A DNA stretch of 64,000 bases from Eledone cirrhosa (lineage: Eukaryota), in contig OZ024740.1 of NCBI GenBank assembly GCA_964016885.1, positions 44,640,001-44,704,000 on the forward strand, written 5' to 3'. The notes beneath the pieces were generated by a model. That model did not search any database. It was not told the origin of the DNA and saw only the letters and a list, made by a program, of their open reading frames with translations. The position numbers and the translations under genes were made by a program. Shown in pieces: positions 36,485-51,034 of the stretch (its first letter is position 1; every line of letters begins with the position of its first letter).

Positions 36485-36830
36485 ATAAAAATAATGAAAT
36501 TATTGTGTACAGTGCTCAGGTGCTACAACTCATCAAAGGTGCATGTATCATACATAGAATAATGTACAAATGTCAAGAAAGTGAACAGTGTATGTATGAG
36601 TCATGTAATACACACAGATACATGTGTGCATGTGTATCAATGTATTTGAAGGTGTGGAGGAGTTAGAGTTTTATCCAGAGTAACTGGAAGTATTTGTTGC
36701 TGATATTCAGGTAACACAGTGAGTGGTCGGGGAACAGGCTCTAGGTATTCAGACACCACTTCTCCAAATTGGAGTTTGAGGAAAGAGTGTAGTCTAGAAA
36801 GCAGAGATTGAATATAAATAAGGGTTGATA
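36485..36830 (-). mobile_element. Degenerate CR1 3' end
   Basis: 36490-36620 is homologous to the reverse complement of 38020-38157. Confidence 0.6.
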
Positions 36831-36861
36831 GATTTGTGTCTCTGTAAGGAATGTGTGATTT

Positions 36862-37093
36862 GTGTGTTAGTGAGAGAAATAAGATGTGTAGGTTGAGTGT
36901 TAGTGAGAGGGATGAGGAATAAGATGTGTGGTTTGTGTGTTATTGAGAGAAATAAGATGTGTAGGTTGAGTGTTAGTGAGAGGGATGAGGAATAAGATGT
37001 GTGGTTTGTGTGTTAGTGAGAGAAATAAGATGTGTAAGTTGAGTGTTAGTGAGAGGGATGAGGAATAAGATGTGTGGTTTGTGTGTTAGTGAG
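36862..37093. repeat. Minisatellite, 73-bp unit x3, built from 33- and 40-bp subunits
   Basis: GTGTGTTAGTGAGAGAAATAAGATGTGTAGGTT+GAGTGTTAGTGAGAGGGATGAGGAATAAGATGTGTGGTTT at 36862, 36935 and 37008. Confidence 0.9.
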
Positions 37094-37289
37094 GTGTGAT
37101 ATGCGGAGTCAAAGTTGGATAAGGACCCACATTAGTAAAGAAGAGGGAGAATTGTCCAATGGGTTTAACTTTAATTTGTTGCATCTTGAGAAGTGAAGAG
37201 AGTATTGGTGCCATGAGGTTATGAAAACCCTTTGCCTGAAGCCTAATCAAATGCCTTGAAAGATGTTTGCAAGCACTTCTGGCAACTGA

Positions 37290-38157
37290 TCACAGACTAG
37301 CAACTCAAGCTAGCTGTGGACAAGTGCACCACCATGCATTTTGGGAGTAAAAACCCAGTGTCCACATACTCCCTCCACAACACTAATATCAAGAAGTCTT
37401 CTTGTGAATGTGACCTGGGCATTACGGTCAGCAGCGATTTGCATTGGACGAAGTACGTCTCTAAAATTGTCAAGAAGGCCGAGGGTGTCTTAGCATCACT
37501 AAGCAAGACCTTTGTCAGCCGCTCTCTAGCTATCTATTTAAAGCTGTATATAGCTATGGTGTGACCACACTTAGAATTTGCATCACCAGTCTGGAACCCC
37601 TATCTTGCTCAGAACATTGACCACCTGGAAACTGTTCAGAGATGTGCAACCAAGCAAAAACCCTTCATCAGGCATCTACCATACTCTGAACGCCTTGCTT
37701 CCCCAGGCATGGATACATTGAAGCTCCGACGTCTGGCAACTGACTCAGTAAACAACCACAAAATGATTAACCATCTTGCCAACAACAACCCTGGGTACCT
37801 TCTTGATTTCCATGTGTCTAACACATGTGGACATGCCCACAAAGTCAGAAAACAGTACAGTTCCCATGACTTTCAGAAACATTTTTTCACGCTCAGAGTT
37901 GCTGAAGCATGGAACAAACTACCTGCATCAGTTGTTAGCTGTCGAGACACTGCATCCTTTAAAACCTCCATGCTTCCTGAGATTCGCCAACACTACACCT
38001 AATATTCCCCCTCCATACACATACACACATGTATATCATGACTCATACACTATTCACTTCCCTGACGTTTGTATATTAATCTATGTATTATACATGCACC
38101 TTTGATGTAGTTGTAGTGCACCTGAGCACTTTACACAATAATTTCATTATTATTATT
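37290..38157 (+). mobile_element. CR1-clade LINE 3' fragment
   Basis: KCTTMHFG..DLGITVSSDL..KLYIAMV*PHLEFASPVWNPY..LETVQR..FFTLRVAEAWNKLP; 3'UTR ending in (ATT)n. Confidence 0.88.
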
Positions 38158-39643
38158 TTATATTATCATTGAAATCTGTATGATAGATATATAATGTTGA
38201 TAGATATATTTCAAAGTAAACTACCATTAACACAAAAATCATAGTAGAAAGACAATGTTATATAATAACTTCAGAACATTATCAAAAAATAGATGACATA
38301 TAATTGTGTTATTATATGTATATTGTATATTATTGTATTAGGAAAGAGAACCAAAACTGAAATAAAAATATAAGATTTGTATACATTTTTTATAAATGTA
38401 TATCATCAAATCAAAAATTAAAATAAATATTCTAAACTTTTATTCTATGCATAAAGTGTATTTATTGCATATATACATTTAAATACATCAACAATATCTG
38501 CATATTGGTGCAGGGCTGGAGAGAAAAATCTTCATGCATTCTAAATATAAGAGTCCAGTTCACCAGGAAAATATCACAGCAATCTCAGATGCAAGTATTA
38601 TCAGCTTGGTAAAAAAGGAAAATAATCTCAATCGAAAGATTGAAGGGAAGAATATTCAAAGACCAGAAACATTTGGTTGCAGTATATTGGTTGTTTATTG
38701 AACATTCAGTTTACAATACTAGTGTATTGATTCCAAATGCAGGAGGGAAAAGGTTTAAGAAGAGTTTCACATTCTGGAATTTGAAGGACAACAAACATTC
38801 TAATTGAAAGGGAAATGTAGATTTGCAAATATAAAGATTGTACAATGGCTCAAGCAAAACATTGGTGGGCAGCAATCAGAAAGTCATATCTGTATGATTT
38901 CATTTTCTTTTTTTTTTTCTTTTTCACAGTTCTAATCAAATTCAGTTCTTCATCAATAAAAATCCAGTTGGTAACATCCGATAGCACAATTTATTTTTAG
39001 ATTTAAAAGATAATATACTGGAATTTATTGTTTACCAAACTTTTCATAAAATAGCAAATAAGATTAATAGATAATAACAATGCTGGACATAAATAGTCTA
39101 CTTATTAGAAGTTAATTAAAATATTTAGATATATTTTGTAAACAAAATCATTTAATATGTGTAAATATTTTGAATAAAGATATTTGTTATTAAATATTGT
39201 ATTATATTTGCTTATTTCATCAACTATAATGCTAAGATAATTGGCATTTTTAAAATAAAATATCTGAATTTCAAAACTTTTCTCCATAGTACAAGAATTT
39301 TCTCTTCTTTTGGTTTCTTATATAACTAATATGAAACTCAAATTTTGAACCAATATCTTTGATTCAATTAGAAAAATAAACTTGTTGAAAATAAGATAAG
39401 TTTTGGAGTTACATGCAAAATATGAACTCTGAAACTAATTTATAAGAATACTCATGCTCAGTTACATATCTATAAAGCCAGATTAAATAGAGCATTATTC
39501 TCTACCCCAAAGGATTTTGTTTTCATATCTATTTGAAAAATGTAAAAATTAATCAGAACCTTACTGATCAGAAATTAATTAAATTAAACAGTATATATAT
39601 ATATATATATATAAAGTATATATATATATATATACACATGCTT

Positions 39644-39709
<66 letters not shown>

Positions 39710-41566
39710 TTATATTATACTAATTATTAGAGACTTACATATTTTTTTAAACTTTTCTGGTTGTGTAACCTAATGTAATACAAGATTATGATAACAAAAA
39801 TCCATATCATCTGCCATGTTGATTTAATAAATATATGCTTATTTTCAAAGTTTGATAATACAATTCCTAAATGTAGTTTTATAAATATATTACCAGCTTA
39901 GGTTTGCATTATCAACTAAATTTAAAGCATATCACATCATTAGACAACATGGTTGAGCTCTAATTTTAATTAGAATTTTTTGTCAGTAATATGCAGTTTA
40001 CTTGATGATACTGCACCTAAAATAAAAAATAAAAGGAGGAAATCAGAAATGCTACATGTAAACAATATCCAAGGAGAAGTTCCTATTATATTTAAAATTA
40101 AATACTTAATTTTAGTTAAAGCAACATTTATCTGGAAGCAATTATAATTAATACATTAACTACTTATACTGGAATATATTATTTGTTTCTCTTATTATAA
40201 GTACTACAAAGTAATTAAAATATTCTACAAAATTAATAAAGCTCTTTAAAGCATTTATTTCAATAATTGTTTCAGGATATTAATTTACAATTAATTACAA
40301 ATATGCAAAAAATTGTCATGATTACCTTGGAAATATAAAAAAAAATATATTACAACTTCTCCTTGAAAATGTATCTACTAATTAGAAATGTTTACTAAAA
40401 ACAGAACAGAAAACAAAGAAAATATGACATGACATATGAATTTTTGTTGTCAGCATGCACCAGCATATACAGTACAAGCACCAATAGCATTAATGGATAT
40501 TTGCAGATATATTTAAATGTTAAAGCAAGCTTGCAAAAATATCAAAAATATTTTCAAAAAGTAATCATGTATTATTGATTTGCTGTGCCATGAAAGAAAA
40601 CTGTAATATTAGTTAGTCAGAGTTGTAAATGTTGCACTTAAATATGTAAACTGTGGCACTTCGCATTTTTGTGGAAAATTCTTTTCAAAACAGAACTAAT
40701 ATTCATCCATCTTGATACCATTCCAGCACGTTGTTAAGTTTTGGTAACTTATGAAGACAACAAAAATGATTCTGCTAGTATTTTGGGATAGCATTCCATA
40801 TACCTTAATCCTTTTAATATCAAACTAACTGAAATTGCCGCTGGTTATACAATACTAAGTTGTTTATGTTAAAGTGTTTATATTTATCTAAAACCATCCA
40901 ATATAATTTTATGTAAGATGTTCTAAACATCAGATAAATAATGAGACAATTATATTACTAAATCCTTCCAAATTTTTCATTATTTTTTAAATGATATTTC
41001 ATTACAGTTATGATAGCAAAATTGTTCAAAGTTGTCTATATTAAGTTGGAAATATTAAGAGGCTGCACGTTAGGAACCCATTACTTAAGCTGCTTGCCCA
41101 ACTACATTCCCAAAACTCTACCAATTCTCAAATTTATATTTTTAAGAAATAATCCTAATTTAATTATGATATACAAACTTTAGCTAAATATGTATTCTGA
41201 AAATGTTCTACTTATTGAGTTTATTTATTCCAGTACAAATTTTTTTTTCAAAACTTTTGGCACTATCCCCCATATTCTATAAGAAAGTACAAGTTAAAGC
41301 TTATGCTTGCATATATTATGAATTTAAATTTAAGATTATTATATTATAATGTAGTAACATCTTGAAGTGTTGGGCATCTAAAAATAGGTTGTACTAATTA
41401 AATAAATATTAATTTATCTTATTGACCATGTTTGACCAGTAATTTTTCTTAATGACTAGAAGGATGAAAGGCAAAGCAGGTTGAGACAGTATTTGAACTC
41501 TTAATTAATATTAAACATATATTTACTGTTTTATTATAACTATCAGATACTTAAAATATAATAATG

Positions 41567-41775
41567 GTTTCAAATTTAGGCACAATGCCAGCAATTTAGG
41601 GAAGGAGGAAAGTCAAATAAATTGATCCCAGAACATGACTATAATTTCATTTTATCGATCCTAGAAGGATGAAAATCAAAGATAACCTTCTGTGATTTGG
41701 ACTCAGCACACAGACAGCTAGAACAAATATTGCCAAGTATTTTGTTCAATGCTCAGATTCTACCAATTCACCTCT
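41567..41775 (-). mobile_element. Old SINE family 1-related copy
   Basis: TTTTATCGATCC..AAGGATGAAA..AAAG..GATTTGGACTCAG core is recognisable. Confidence 0.55.
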
Positions 41776-43500
41776 CATATTAATGTTAACAAACTATGAA
41801 AATAGGGTCATATTAAATATTAACTAAATAACATAAATTATATTATTTGAATTTTTAGAAGCCTTCAAGAGGTTTAAGCATTATATTAAAGCATATAATA
41901 GAGTCAGGTCATAAGGATTTACCATGCAATTTTATATATAAAGAAGCAAAGCAGTGAATAATGAGTATATAAATATATATAATAAAACAATATACATGTA
42001 CATATATCATACTCATATGTTAAAGCAATTATTGACAATATCAAATGAAACATATTTAATTATAAATTCTGAAAACTGAAATTAATGTTCAACAAAAACA
42101 ACTTGATTAATAATGCATTCATGAGCATAAAATTGGAAATATTTTAGAAAACAATTCCTAAATAGCCTCATTACAAATTATAATACTCTAGAAAATATTC
42201 TATACTTAAAAAGTATTCATTTGACTCCTCAATAATCCCCACATAAGATGATAAATATAAGAATAATTTCTTTTGTTCATTGATAATATTTTACTTAAGA
42301 TAGGTACCACAAAGCTCTATTCAATCATCTATCATTATCTTCTCTCACCCACTCCCTTACTCACACACACCCTCTCTCTCTATCTCACTTTCTCTTCCTC
42401 AATTACTTCTTTTGTATGTTCACTGTATTTCTATTTCAATTCCCATTTATTAACACCTATATACAACACTGCTGTTGTTAACTCTCATCCCATCTTGTCA
42501 TTCTTTGCATCTCAACTTTTCACATCACTCCATATATAACATTACTTTCTGCTTTAAATGGTAATGACCAATCATGAAATTACTATACTTTAAAGGAGTT
42601 TTAATGTATTACATCAAACTATATTTATTAATTACTTGCTTTATAATTAAAATAAGAAAAATATTGGACGTTTTAATTAAAAATACTATTATAGGTTTTA
42701 TAAAATTTATCTAACATAGCTTAAATAACATTATCACATATATAAGCAATTAATAAGGTGTAAAGAAAGCATTTAAATAACATTAAAAACAAGAAATTGA
42801 AGAAAATACAAAAGTTATTGGTTTCTATTCTATGAAATGCAAACAACATGCAATATAATTATATTTTCATCTCAATGTTGCACAACATTTTGTCTTGAGT
42901 GTATTCAAAAATATCTACAATACAGGTACCAATGGAACTACAGATTCTAATACTAATTAGGGAAATAAGGAATCTAAAGTAAAAGAATTAGTTTCCCATA
43001 TAGTGGAAACAAAAATCTAGTTATTTAGTATTTTCTGTTTTATAAACTTCTACTAGTATTAACATGCTTACAAATTCTTCATAAATATGCAACCGAGATA
43101 ACGTTCATTTTCACTTACCTGGGCCTCATGAATTTATGAAACTTAGCAACCAATCATAGATATGTCAATTACCAACTAATATTTTTTTTTTAATTTCATA
43201 TTATTCATGTTCCTAAAACATTCACTGGAAACTTAAAATTACAAACTGACATTGAATGATCATTGTATATATTGTACTTGAAACATAACTCTCTGCAGAT
43301 TAACATAAAAGTTATATCAAATATTTCTATACTTATACATTTCATCATCAACTTAAACTATAAGAGACACAAACTAATAAAAAAAAAATCTCTTATAAGA
43401 TATAAGAGTTGGATATAATAAAAATTAATAACCTACCTTAAGTCAACAGTCAATGATTAGAAATTGACTCATTAAATACTTTGAACAAGTACTTTAAAAA

Positions 43501-43543
<43 letters not shown>

Positions 43544-43839
43544 CATCTAGTTGACTTAAGTATCACTGAGATAATTTAAAATTTGAAATGTAACAATCCA
43601 AATTTAAATGGTTATGAAAGTTGATGACAATAAATAATAGTTTAGAAAATCAGGTTAACTACCCTTGGAGATGGAGAAAAGTGGACAGCTCAACTATTTT
43701 TTACAGTGATCAACTATTATCTAGAATTATCCATTTGCGTTGGGATGACTACATTTCAAATTTCACGCACGCACACACTCATATGTATATAAATATATAC
43801 ATATATATATATATGTATACATATATATATATATACATG

Positions 43840-43871
<32 letters not shown>

Positions 43872-43883
43872 CATCATCATATA

Positions 43884-43927
<44 letters not shown>

Positions 43928-44485
43928 CATGTGTGTGTGTATATAAATATTCATATATATATATTTATATTTATATATATATGTGTGTGTATGTATGTAT
44001 GTATTCATTATAAAATCCATACCATTGTTTTATATGTTATCAAAGGGGAGCTAACTATTCAACAAAAATGTTGAAGAAGGCAAGTCCTTTCGCCTACCTC
44101 CCCTATTAATCTTTCTCCACCCAACTCTCTTTTCCTAACATGCTTTCCTAACCCTCTTCCACTTCCTCGAAGTGTGAACCTAATATAACAGTGTCCTTTT
44201 GCATTCCTGTGTTTGTTTGTTTTGTTTTTTTCATTTATTAACTATATATATATAGCGACATGTAACTGGTCAATAAATCCCTTAATATAGGATACCTGAG
44301 TTAAATATTACCTTAGCGATCCACTTTAATAACTGATGTTAAAGCAATGGTATGGATGTTAAAGTAATACTTGATAAAAATAATATAATAATAATATAAA
44401 TTAATTTTTCAGTATAATAGTTTCTCTAAACTTTCCTCACTATCTTGCATTAAACATGATTTTACAGGTAAAATCACATATCCTA

Positions 44486-44543
<58 letters not shown>

Positions 44544-44598
44544 CATACATACATATATATATATATACATACATACATACATACATATATATATACAC

Positions 44599-44629
<31 letters not shown>

Positions 44630-44674
44630 CACATACATACATACACATAAGGTATACATATTTAATACATAAAT

Positions 44675-44848
44675 AATTGTATCTACTTTTGGCACAAGGT
44701 CAGCAATTATCCCAGTGTATTACTGGTACTTTATTTTATCGACCCCGTAAGGATGAAAGGCAAAGTTAACCTCGGCGGGAGTTGAACTCAGCTCATAAAG
44801 GACCGTAGCTCTTCCGACTCTCTACCGATACTGCCAATCCACTGCCCT
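44675..44848 (-). mobile_element. SINE family 1 copy
   Basis: Homologous to 1571-1752 with a small internal deletion. Confidence 0.85.
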
Positions 44849-45143
44849 TTAATACATATTTAATACATAAATAATATACATGAATACACATTTCAAATGT
44901 TCAATCCAAGCAGAAAATCTGGAAAAGCAAAACATGGCACAATCTTTTCAATCCCAAACCATAAAGCCAATAGATGTGTATGTGTGTCTATGGTGTGTTT
45001 TTTAAAATCAAGCTTGTGATATACCAAACTCATTTGTTCATATCATGCCAAGTCAGAGGTATTTAATGTGGATGGTGAATGGTATATATATTAGTAGTAT
45101 TTTTCAAAATCATATCTTATTAACCGAAGCATAATTATCTCAC

Positions 45144-45446
45144 CTTTTGTCTGGTAATATAGAACTGGTGATGAAGGTACTGTATAACCTAGTGGATGTT
45201 CTCCACGAACACGAAACATGTAGTCCTTCGATCTTGTAAGACCTGATATTTTGTAACTTGTATCAGATACACCACTAGTAACTGTTTGCCAGTCATATTT
45301 TGGTGGCTCCTGTTTTTCAATCATAAATGTTAGTTGTCTGTCTCCGCTGTCAATAGCAGGCACTTGAACTCGAGCCCATCTTAAAGCAAGGGAGTCATAA
45401 TCAACATCTGTTATTTCTGGTTGTTGAGCTGGAGCACGACGTATAA
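45144..45446 (-). CDS. FN3-repeat gene, exon 10 of 10 seen (one fibronectin type III domain)
   Basis: AG/GTGAG boundaries, phase 1-1, 303 bp; IRRAPAQQPEITDVDYDSLALRW..IEKQEPP..W..YMFRVRG..PSSPV. Confidence 0.88.
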
Positions 45447-45509
45447 CTAGAAATAGAAATAGTGAAGATCAATGTAAATGACAAATATTTTACAGCGTAA
45501 AAAAATAAT

Positions 45510-45790
45510 AATAATAATGAAGAGACAGGAAGTGAGAGGCAGATGGTCATGACCAGACCATAAGGAAGTAAAAGCTACTATACTTTGGCCATGTCATCAG
45601 GGCATAGAACTTCTGCACCCAAATCCTGACAGAAGATCCAGAGCAAGACTAAGAAGACCCTGGAGTGATGAAATCAAGGATTGAACAGGAAGAATGTTGG
45701 TGGAGATAATGGTTGTGGTGAGTGAGAGGAGCTAGTGGAGAGCATTGGTGCAATTGTCCATGGTCTCCAGCCCTCAGTAACAAGGAATGG
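45510..45790 (+). mobile_element. Very degenerate RTE/BovB-like 3' fragment (intronic)
   Basis: Frameshifted KLLYFGHVIRA..RRSRARLRRPWSDEIKD. Confidence 0.5.
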
Positions 45791-46036
45791 AAAAGAAAAC
45801 ATACATTATATTTATCATAATTCCTGATTTTGGAAATAAATGTGATTTATAATTTGAGAAAATAGTTAATAATTAATTAATAAATAATTAAGAAGTCCAG
45901 TGTATATAAATATAAATATGAATATAAATATACATATATGTGTGTGTGTGTTTATATTTACTGTTTGTCTAAGCTGCATAACTTAGCAATTCAATAAAAC
46001 AAGCTTGATGAAAGAAGTACTAGATTTGAAAGTAAT

Positions 46037-46180
46037 AATTGTTTCTACTTTTGGCACAAGGCCAGCAATTACCCAGTGTATTACTGGTACTCTGGGTAAG
46101 ATTTGAAAGTAATAATAACTGCGGTCAATAAATCTGCGGTAATAATGACTGCGGTAATAATAACTGCGGTTAATAAATCC
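46037..46180 (-). repeat. SINE family 1 tail fragment next to a 15-bp tandem repeat
   Basis: SINE 3' end at 46037-46091; (TAATAATAACTGCGG)-like unit x~4 at 46111-46180. Confidence 0.65.
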
Positions 46181-46488
46181 CTTCCAGGTAATTCCCCCAA
46201 AATATAAAAACACATGTAAAATACATATTAATTTAAAATGTATTAGTTAAAGTAAAAATATTTAATGAAAATGTATCAAGTTTTTTCTTATCTATATCCT
46301 TGACCTGTCTGAGAGGTTAGTGGTTTCACTTAAATACTGACTTGGTCTGTGAAGACCTGTCCAACCTCTGCTAGCAGGGAAGACAGATTTATAAATTATC
46401 ATGATGATAAAATATTACTCTCCCCCAAATACTTATCATGAGTATGCTGCAAAATATGATGTATTAGGTATAAGAAATAAGTTCAAAC

Positions 46489-46788
46489 CTGCAGATCTGT
46501 AAAGAGCTACGGGATGTGAAGCCTCTAAACTTTCTCCAGACATTGTTTCAGGCTTAATTCGAAAATGATAATCACAGTTGGGATTTAAGCCTGTGATCTT
46601 ATAGTAATGATCAGTGATTCTTCTTGCATAATTTCTCCATTGATGACTTGGATATTCCCGAATTTCAATTGTATATAGCAATGGAACAGTCTTGTAAGGT
46701 GGAATATACAGCCGGCGCCATGATATGTAAACAGATTGTCCTTCAATACCATACAATTGAGGTTGTTCAATGGGGCATTGTGGAACAA
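46489..46788 (-). CDS. FN3-repeat gene, exon 9
   Basis: CAG/GTTTGA, phase 1-1, 300 bp; VPQCPIEQPQLYGIEGQSVYISW..YTIEIRE..YHFRIKP. Confidence 0.85.
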
Positions 46789-47595
46789 CTGTAATATGAA
46801 AAGTAAAGGAGAGATTATTTAAACAAATATCATTGCAATGTAATTTTTAAATCAGATGATGATGATACAATATTATGCTGACTACTTTTGTCAAGATTCC
46901 TATATTTAATGATTCTTTCTTTTCTTTGAATAGTGAGATCATAAGATGGTAATATTAGGCAATAACCAGAAGCAACAAACATTCTTTACCATGATACCAC
47001 ACTTTAAGTTCACAAAAAGACACATCACAAACATTTTAGATGTTCACTATCCTTTTTAGACATATCTTCAACAGCAAAGTCTGCCTTAAGTAAACTTGAG
47101 TTTTCTCTTTAGATTAGAAGATATATACTAATTATTATTTAACAAAGATTGTTGTATATTGGAACATACATGAAATGTTTATATATAATAAATATCCTTT
47201 TACCCTCACTATGAATTTATAATTAGCTGTGATCATGTCACCACTATTCTTATTAATTATTATTTATGAAGTTCAAATGGAACATATAGGCATAGCTGAG
47301 TGTTCAAGAGGATCACCAGACAACCATTAGGCCTTGGATTTGATCCCAGTGTTTTTACTATAGCTATGGATTCACTAAAGCCTTGTGACTGAACTTGAGT
47401 AAACAAAAACTGCATGGAAGCTCATCAGATGGATTGTATCTGTAAGTCAAAGGTCCAGCCTTGTTACATTTTGTGTCATGGTGATTGAATCTAGAAATTA
47501 TTTTAAGGGTATACTTATTTGTGGAATGGTCAACCACTTACACATTAATTCAAAAGGTGGTTGTTCAGTTGACCCAACAACTGAAGTTCAAATAC

Positions 47596-48640
47596 ATCAT
47601 CCTTTTCACGTCCGCTTTTCCCTGCTTGCATGGATTGGACGGGTCCTTCTCAGCATGGCATCCACTTGTTACATTCCTTCATAATCTCCTCTTTCAGTCT
47701 TAATGATTTGAGGTTAGCTCTCTCAACCTCTGCCCAGGTCTTTCTTGGTCTACCTCTACTGCGACTTCCTTCCACTGGGATTTCCTTGCATTTCTTCACC
47801 CATTAATCATTGTCCATGCACATCACATGTCCATACCAATGCTGTCTACTCTCCTGCATACTACCTTGGATTCCTCTTAAACCCATCTTCTCCCTCAGCT
47901 CATCTAAGCTCTGCCTTTCTCTCACATTTACACTGCATATCCGACAAAGTAAGGTTACTTCATTTCTCTCCAGTCTACACATGTCTTCTGCAGCCACAGC
48001 CCATGTTTCACTACCATGCAGCATCATGTACGACACACAGTCATCATACAGCCTTCTTTTTCTACATAAGGAGAAACCTTTTGTTGTCAACAGTGGGAGT
48101 AATTCACTAAACGTCTCCCATCCTATCTTTAGTCTAGCTATTATACTCTCAGCATACCCTCCTCCACTGCTAATTAAGTCACCTCAGTTGCAGAAGCTAT
48201 CAACCATATCTATGGATTCTTCTTGTGACTGGAAGAGGTTTATATAATTGGCCTTCTTCCTCTTGATTACTCCTGTGCATCTCCTACATGCAAAGTTCTC
48301 CCTTCCAGTTAGTCTATTCATTATCCCACTACATCTTTTGTGTACCAAAGATTTACATTGTGTACATTGTGTGGAGCTTATGCCTACTCTTTTTCTACAT
48401 ATTGAGCAGGGCCACTTCCCTGAAGGAATCTGAGTCCTATCTTCTTCCTTACTCACTAGCACTTTACTTTTGGATAAGTTTACCCTCAAGCCTTTTGATT
48501 CCAAATTCAGTTTCCATCATCGGAATTTATATTCTAGTTCTTTTTTTTTGTTTTTTTTTTGTTTCAGCTATAAAGACCAAATCATCTGCATTAGAGAAGT
48601 TCCTATGGCCAGCCCGTTTTAAACTCCTCTGTTTAAATTC
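47596..48640 (-). mobile_element. Degenerate RTE 3' fragment (intronic)
   Basis: ORFs 48184-48504 (GKWPCSICRK..HKRC) and 47803-48090 (MLHGSETW); RTE terminal motif at 47596-47645. Confidence 0.85.
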
Positions 48641-49545
48641 CATCATATTGTAATAAATTTCTCCTATCAGAATAATTTACTCAAACTTAATGATGAATAT
48701 GTTATACTACTGCAACTACAAGTAAACAACTACAAGTAAGCATGTTGGTTTAGAAAGCTGTAATTATTAAACAATATTAAAAATTGAAATCTTTTTTGTT
48801 ACCCATTTATATTCTACATTTACTGTTTTTTCCTTGTCTTTAGGTACTTGCTAGTCTTTGCATAGCTAAAGGTTGCACAGTGTGTTTGTGTTATATTGTC
48901 TCTCTATTGGTACTGATGATCAGTATGACAACTGTTTGATTAATGGCAAAGACTCCTTGTAAAATTAATATGCAACAGGCTGAGTATTTCACAGGCATAT
49001 ACATCCCTAATGTAGTTTGCAGCGACATTTAGTACAACATTGGGTGTGACAAGGCTAGTCTTTTGAATTACAAGTACAATTAATTTTTACCATTTGGTTG
49101 GACTGGAGCAAAGTGGACTGAAACAATGTGCTTAAGAACACAACAATATATGGGGAATCAAAATCATGACCTTATGATCATACACTAAATACCCTAACCA
49201 TTAAACCTTCATAAATGCTATACATTATATACACATTATTTTCATACACATTAACATGCTAGAACTAAATACACTTAAATATTTGTTGTTACATTTTAAT
49301 TCAGGGCTCTAGCCATGCACTCACCAACGTTTTCACAGTAATATAATTCTGTGTATTCAGTGTAGTATAGGTACACCATATTCCTGTGTGTCATAAGAAG
49401 TGACTAAAAGGGTTGGCATTAGGGATATCAACTACCTGAAAACGGTTGGCTCAAAAAGTCCCATCCAACCCCTACCAATATGGAAAATTTGATGTAAAAG
49501 ATGGCAATGGTGAGGAGGGTGATTATGGTTATACTGTTGACTTAC

Positions 49546-49839
49546 CTCTACTTCGATTGTATGATATAGGAATTGATGGTTCAATAGCAGAACTAGAACC
49601 CGTCTCAGCTCGAACTCGAAATAAGTAGTTATGTTTTGGTTTCAAGTCTGATAATTTGTAAGTAGTGTTCCTCACACCGCCAACTACACGCTTCCATTCT
49701 CGTGAAGGAAGTTCTTGTGATTCAATAGCATATGTAAATTCTCTTCCAACAGAAGGTGCTCGTGTTGGTCTCCAAGATAGCTGTAAACCTTTAGATTGAA
49801 TATCAACTATCTCTGGGGTTTCAATAGGTCGCTTGTATT
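49546..49839 (-). CDS. FN3-repeat gene, exon 8 (missed by the ORF track)
   Basis: CAG/GTAAG, phase 1-1, 294 bp; YKRPIETPEIVDIQSKGLQLSWRP..FTYAIESQELPSREW..LKPKHNYLFRVRAE..EPSIPI. Confidence 0.88.
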
Positions 49840-50039
49840 CTGAAACAAATTCAATTTTATTACAAAATAAAATGTATAGTAATTAAGCTGAATTAAACTT
49901 TAATTTAGAATAATAGAATTAATTTAATTCTTAATTTATTTATTAATGAAATGAATTTTAAACAAATTATTGTTTCTTTTCTATGTGATATGTTGTGAAG
50001 AGTGTTAAAAATAATTGCATTTTGATACAGTGTTTATAG

Positions 50040-50260
50040 AGTGGTGGGTTATCAGAATGGTGAGAACATCAGAAAAAAGTACTTTGTAGCATTTGTTCTG
50101 GGTCTTTATGTCCTCCATTCAAACCCCACAGAGCTCAACTTTGCTTTTCATCGTCTCAGGGTTGATAAAATAAAGTATCTGTCTAGTAATGAGGTCCATT
50201 TAATCAATTTCCCCTTGCCCACAAAACTTCTGGCATTGTGCTTCAATTAGAAACCATTAT
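50040..50260 (+). mobile_element. Old SINE family 1-related copy
   Basis: TTCAAACCCC..AACTTTGCTTTTCATC..GGGTTGATAAAATAAAGTA..TGGCATTGTGC..AGAAACCATT. Confidence 0.6.
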
Positions 50261-50731
50261 AATGTAGATTTGAAGATAATTTAGAAAGGCTTAATTTAAT
50301 AATGTTTAACTAAATCAGAACATTTACCAAATTTCAAAGCTATTTATATAACCACAAATATGATTTTATGTAGTTTGGTATCAAATATTTTCAAGAAAAC
50401 ATTCACATTCATAATTAGTGCTTATTTAAAATCCTAACTTAATTTTAACCCTATTTTCATTTGCATGACTGCTTGATTAATTTTCTCATTTTGATCATAT
50501 CTCCCTAACAATTATTAATGTTGAAAATTAATGAAACCATAACCTTGAAAATGTTTCCTTTTCTATTTTTTCCCTTAATTAATTTGTATTGATTTTTTTC
50601 TTTTGCAAATCATATTTGTGATATAAATTGCATTCAAATTTGCAAGTGTTAATAAAAGGAGCCTAACTTTTTTCAAATTGTGTGATATCTTATTTTAAAA
50701 ATTAAAAAAATAGTGGGTTTTTTTTTCTTAC

Positions 50732-51034
50732 TTGCGATGGCAGGAACCCTTACTGGCATCGATGGTTCACTGACAGCGAATGACGTCTCAGCTTGAATTC
50801 GAAAGTTGTAATCTTTGTCAGTGCGTAATCCTGATAAGTAGTATGACGTGTGTGGGATTTTAGTAACAAGAGGCCTCCATTTGGATGATGGAGAATCTTG
50901 GACATGAATACTATAAGTTACAGGTATCTTGTCTCTTAAATATGATGGCAGGACTGCAATACGCCATGAAAGACGAAGAGATCCAGGCTGAACATCAGAT
51001 ACAACTGGTTCTTCATGATGCATACAAGGTGGAA
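50732..51034 (-). CDS. FN3-repeat gene, exon 7
   Basis: TAG/GTAAG, phase 1-1, 303 bp; PPCMHHEEPVVSDVQPGSLRLSW..YNFRIQAE..SEPS. Confidence 0.88.

Noticed and set aside
32512-37093. Regularly spaced repeats as a possible CRISPR-like array (also 51816-52116)
   Set aside because: The units are contiguous with no unique spacers, the context is eukaryotic, and no cas-like ORFs are present.
43105-43175. Strong minus-strand donor CAG|GTAAGT as another exon of the FN3 gene
   Set aside because: The nearby AG acceptors tested give immediate in-frame stops in phase 1, and there is no FN3 motif.
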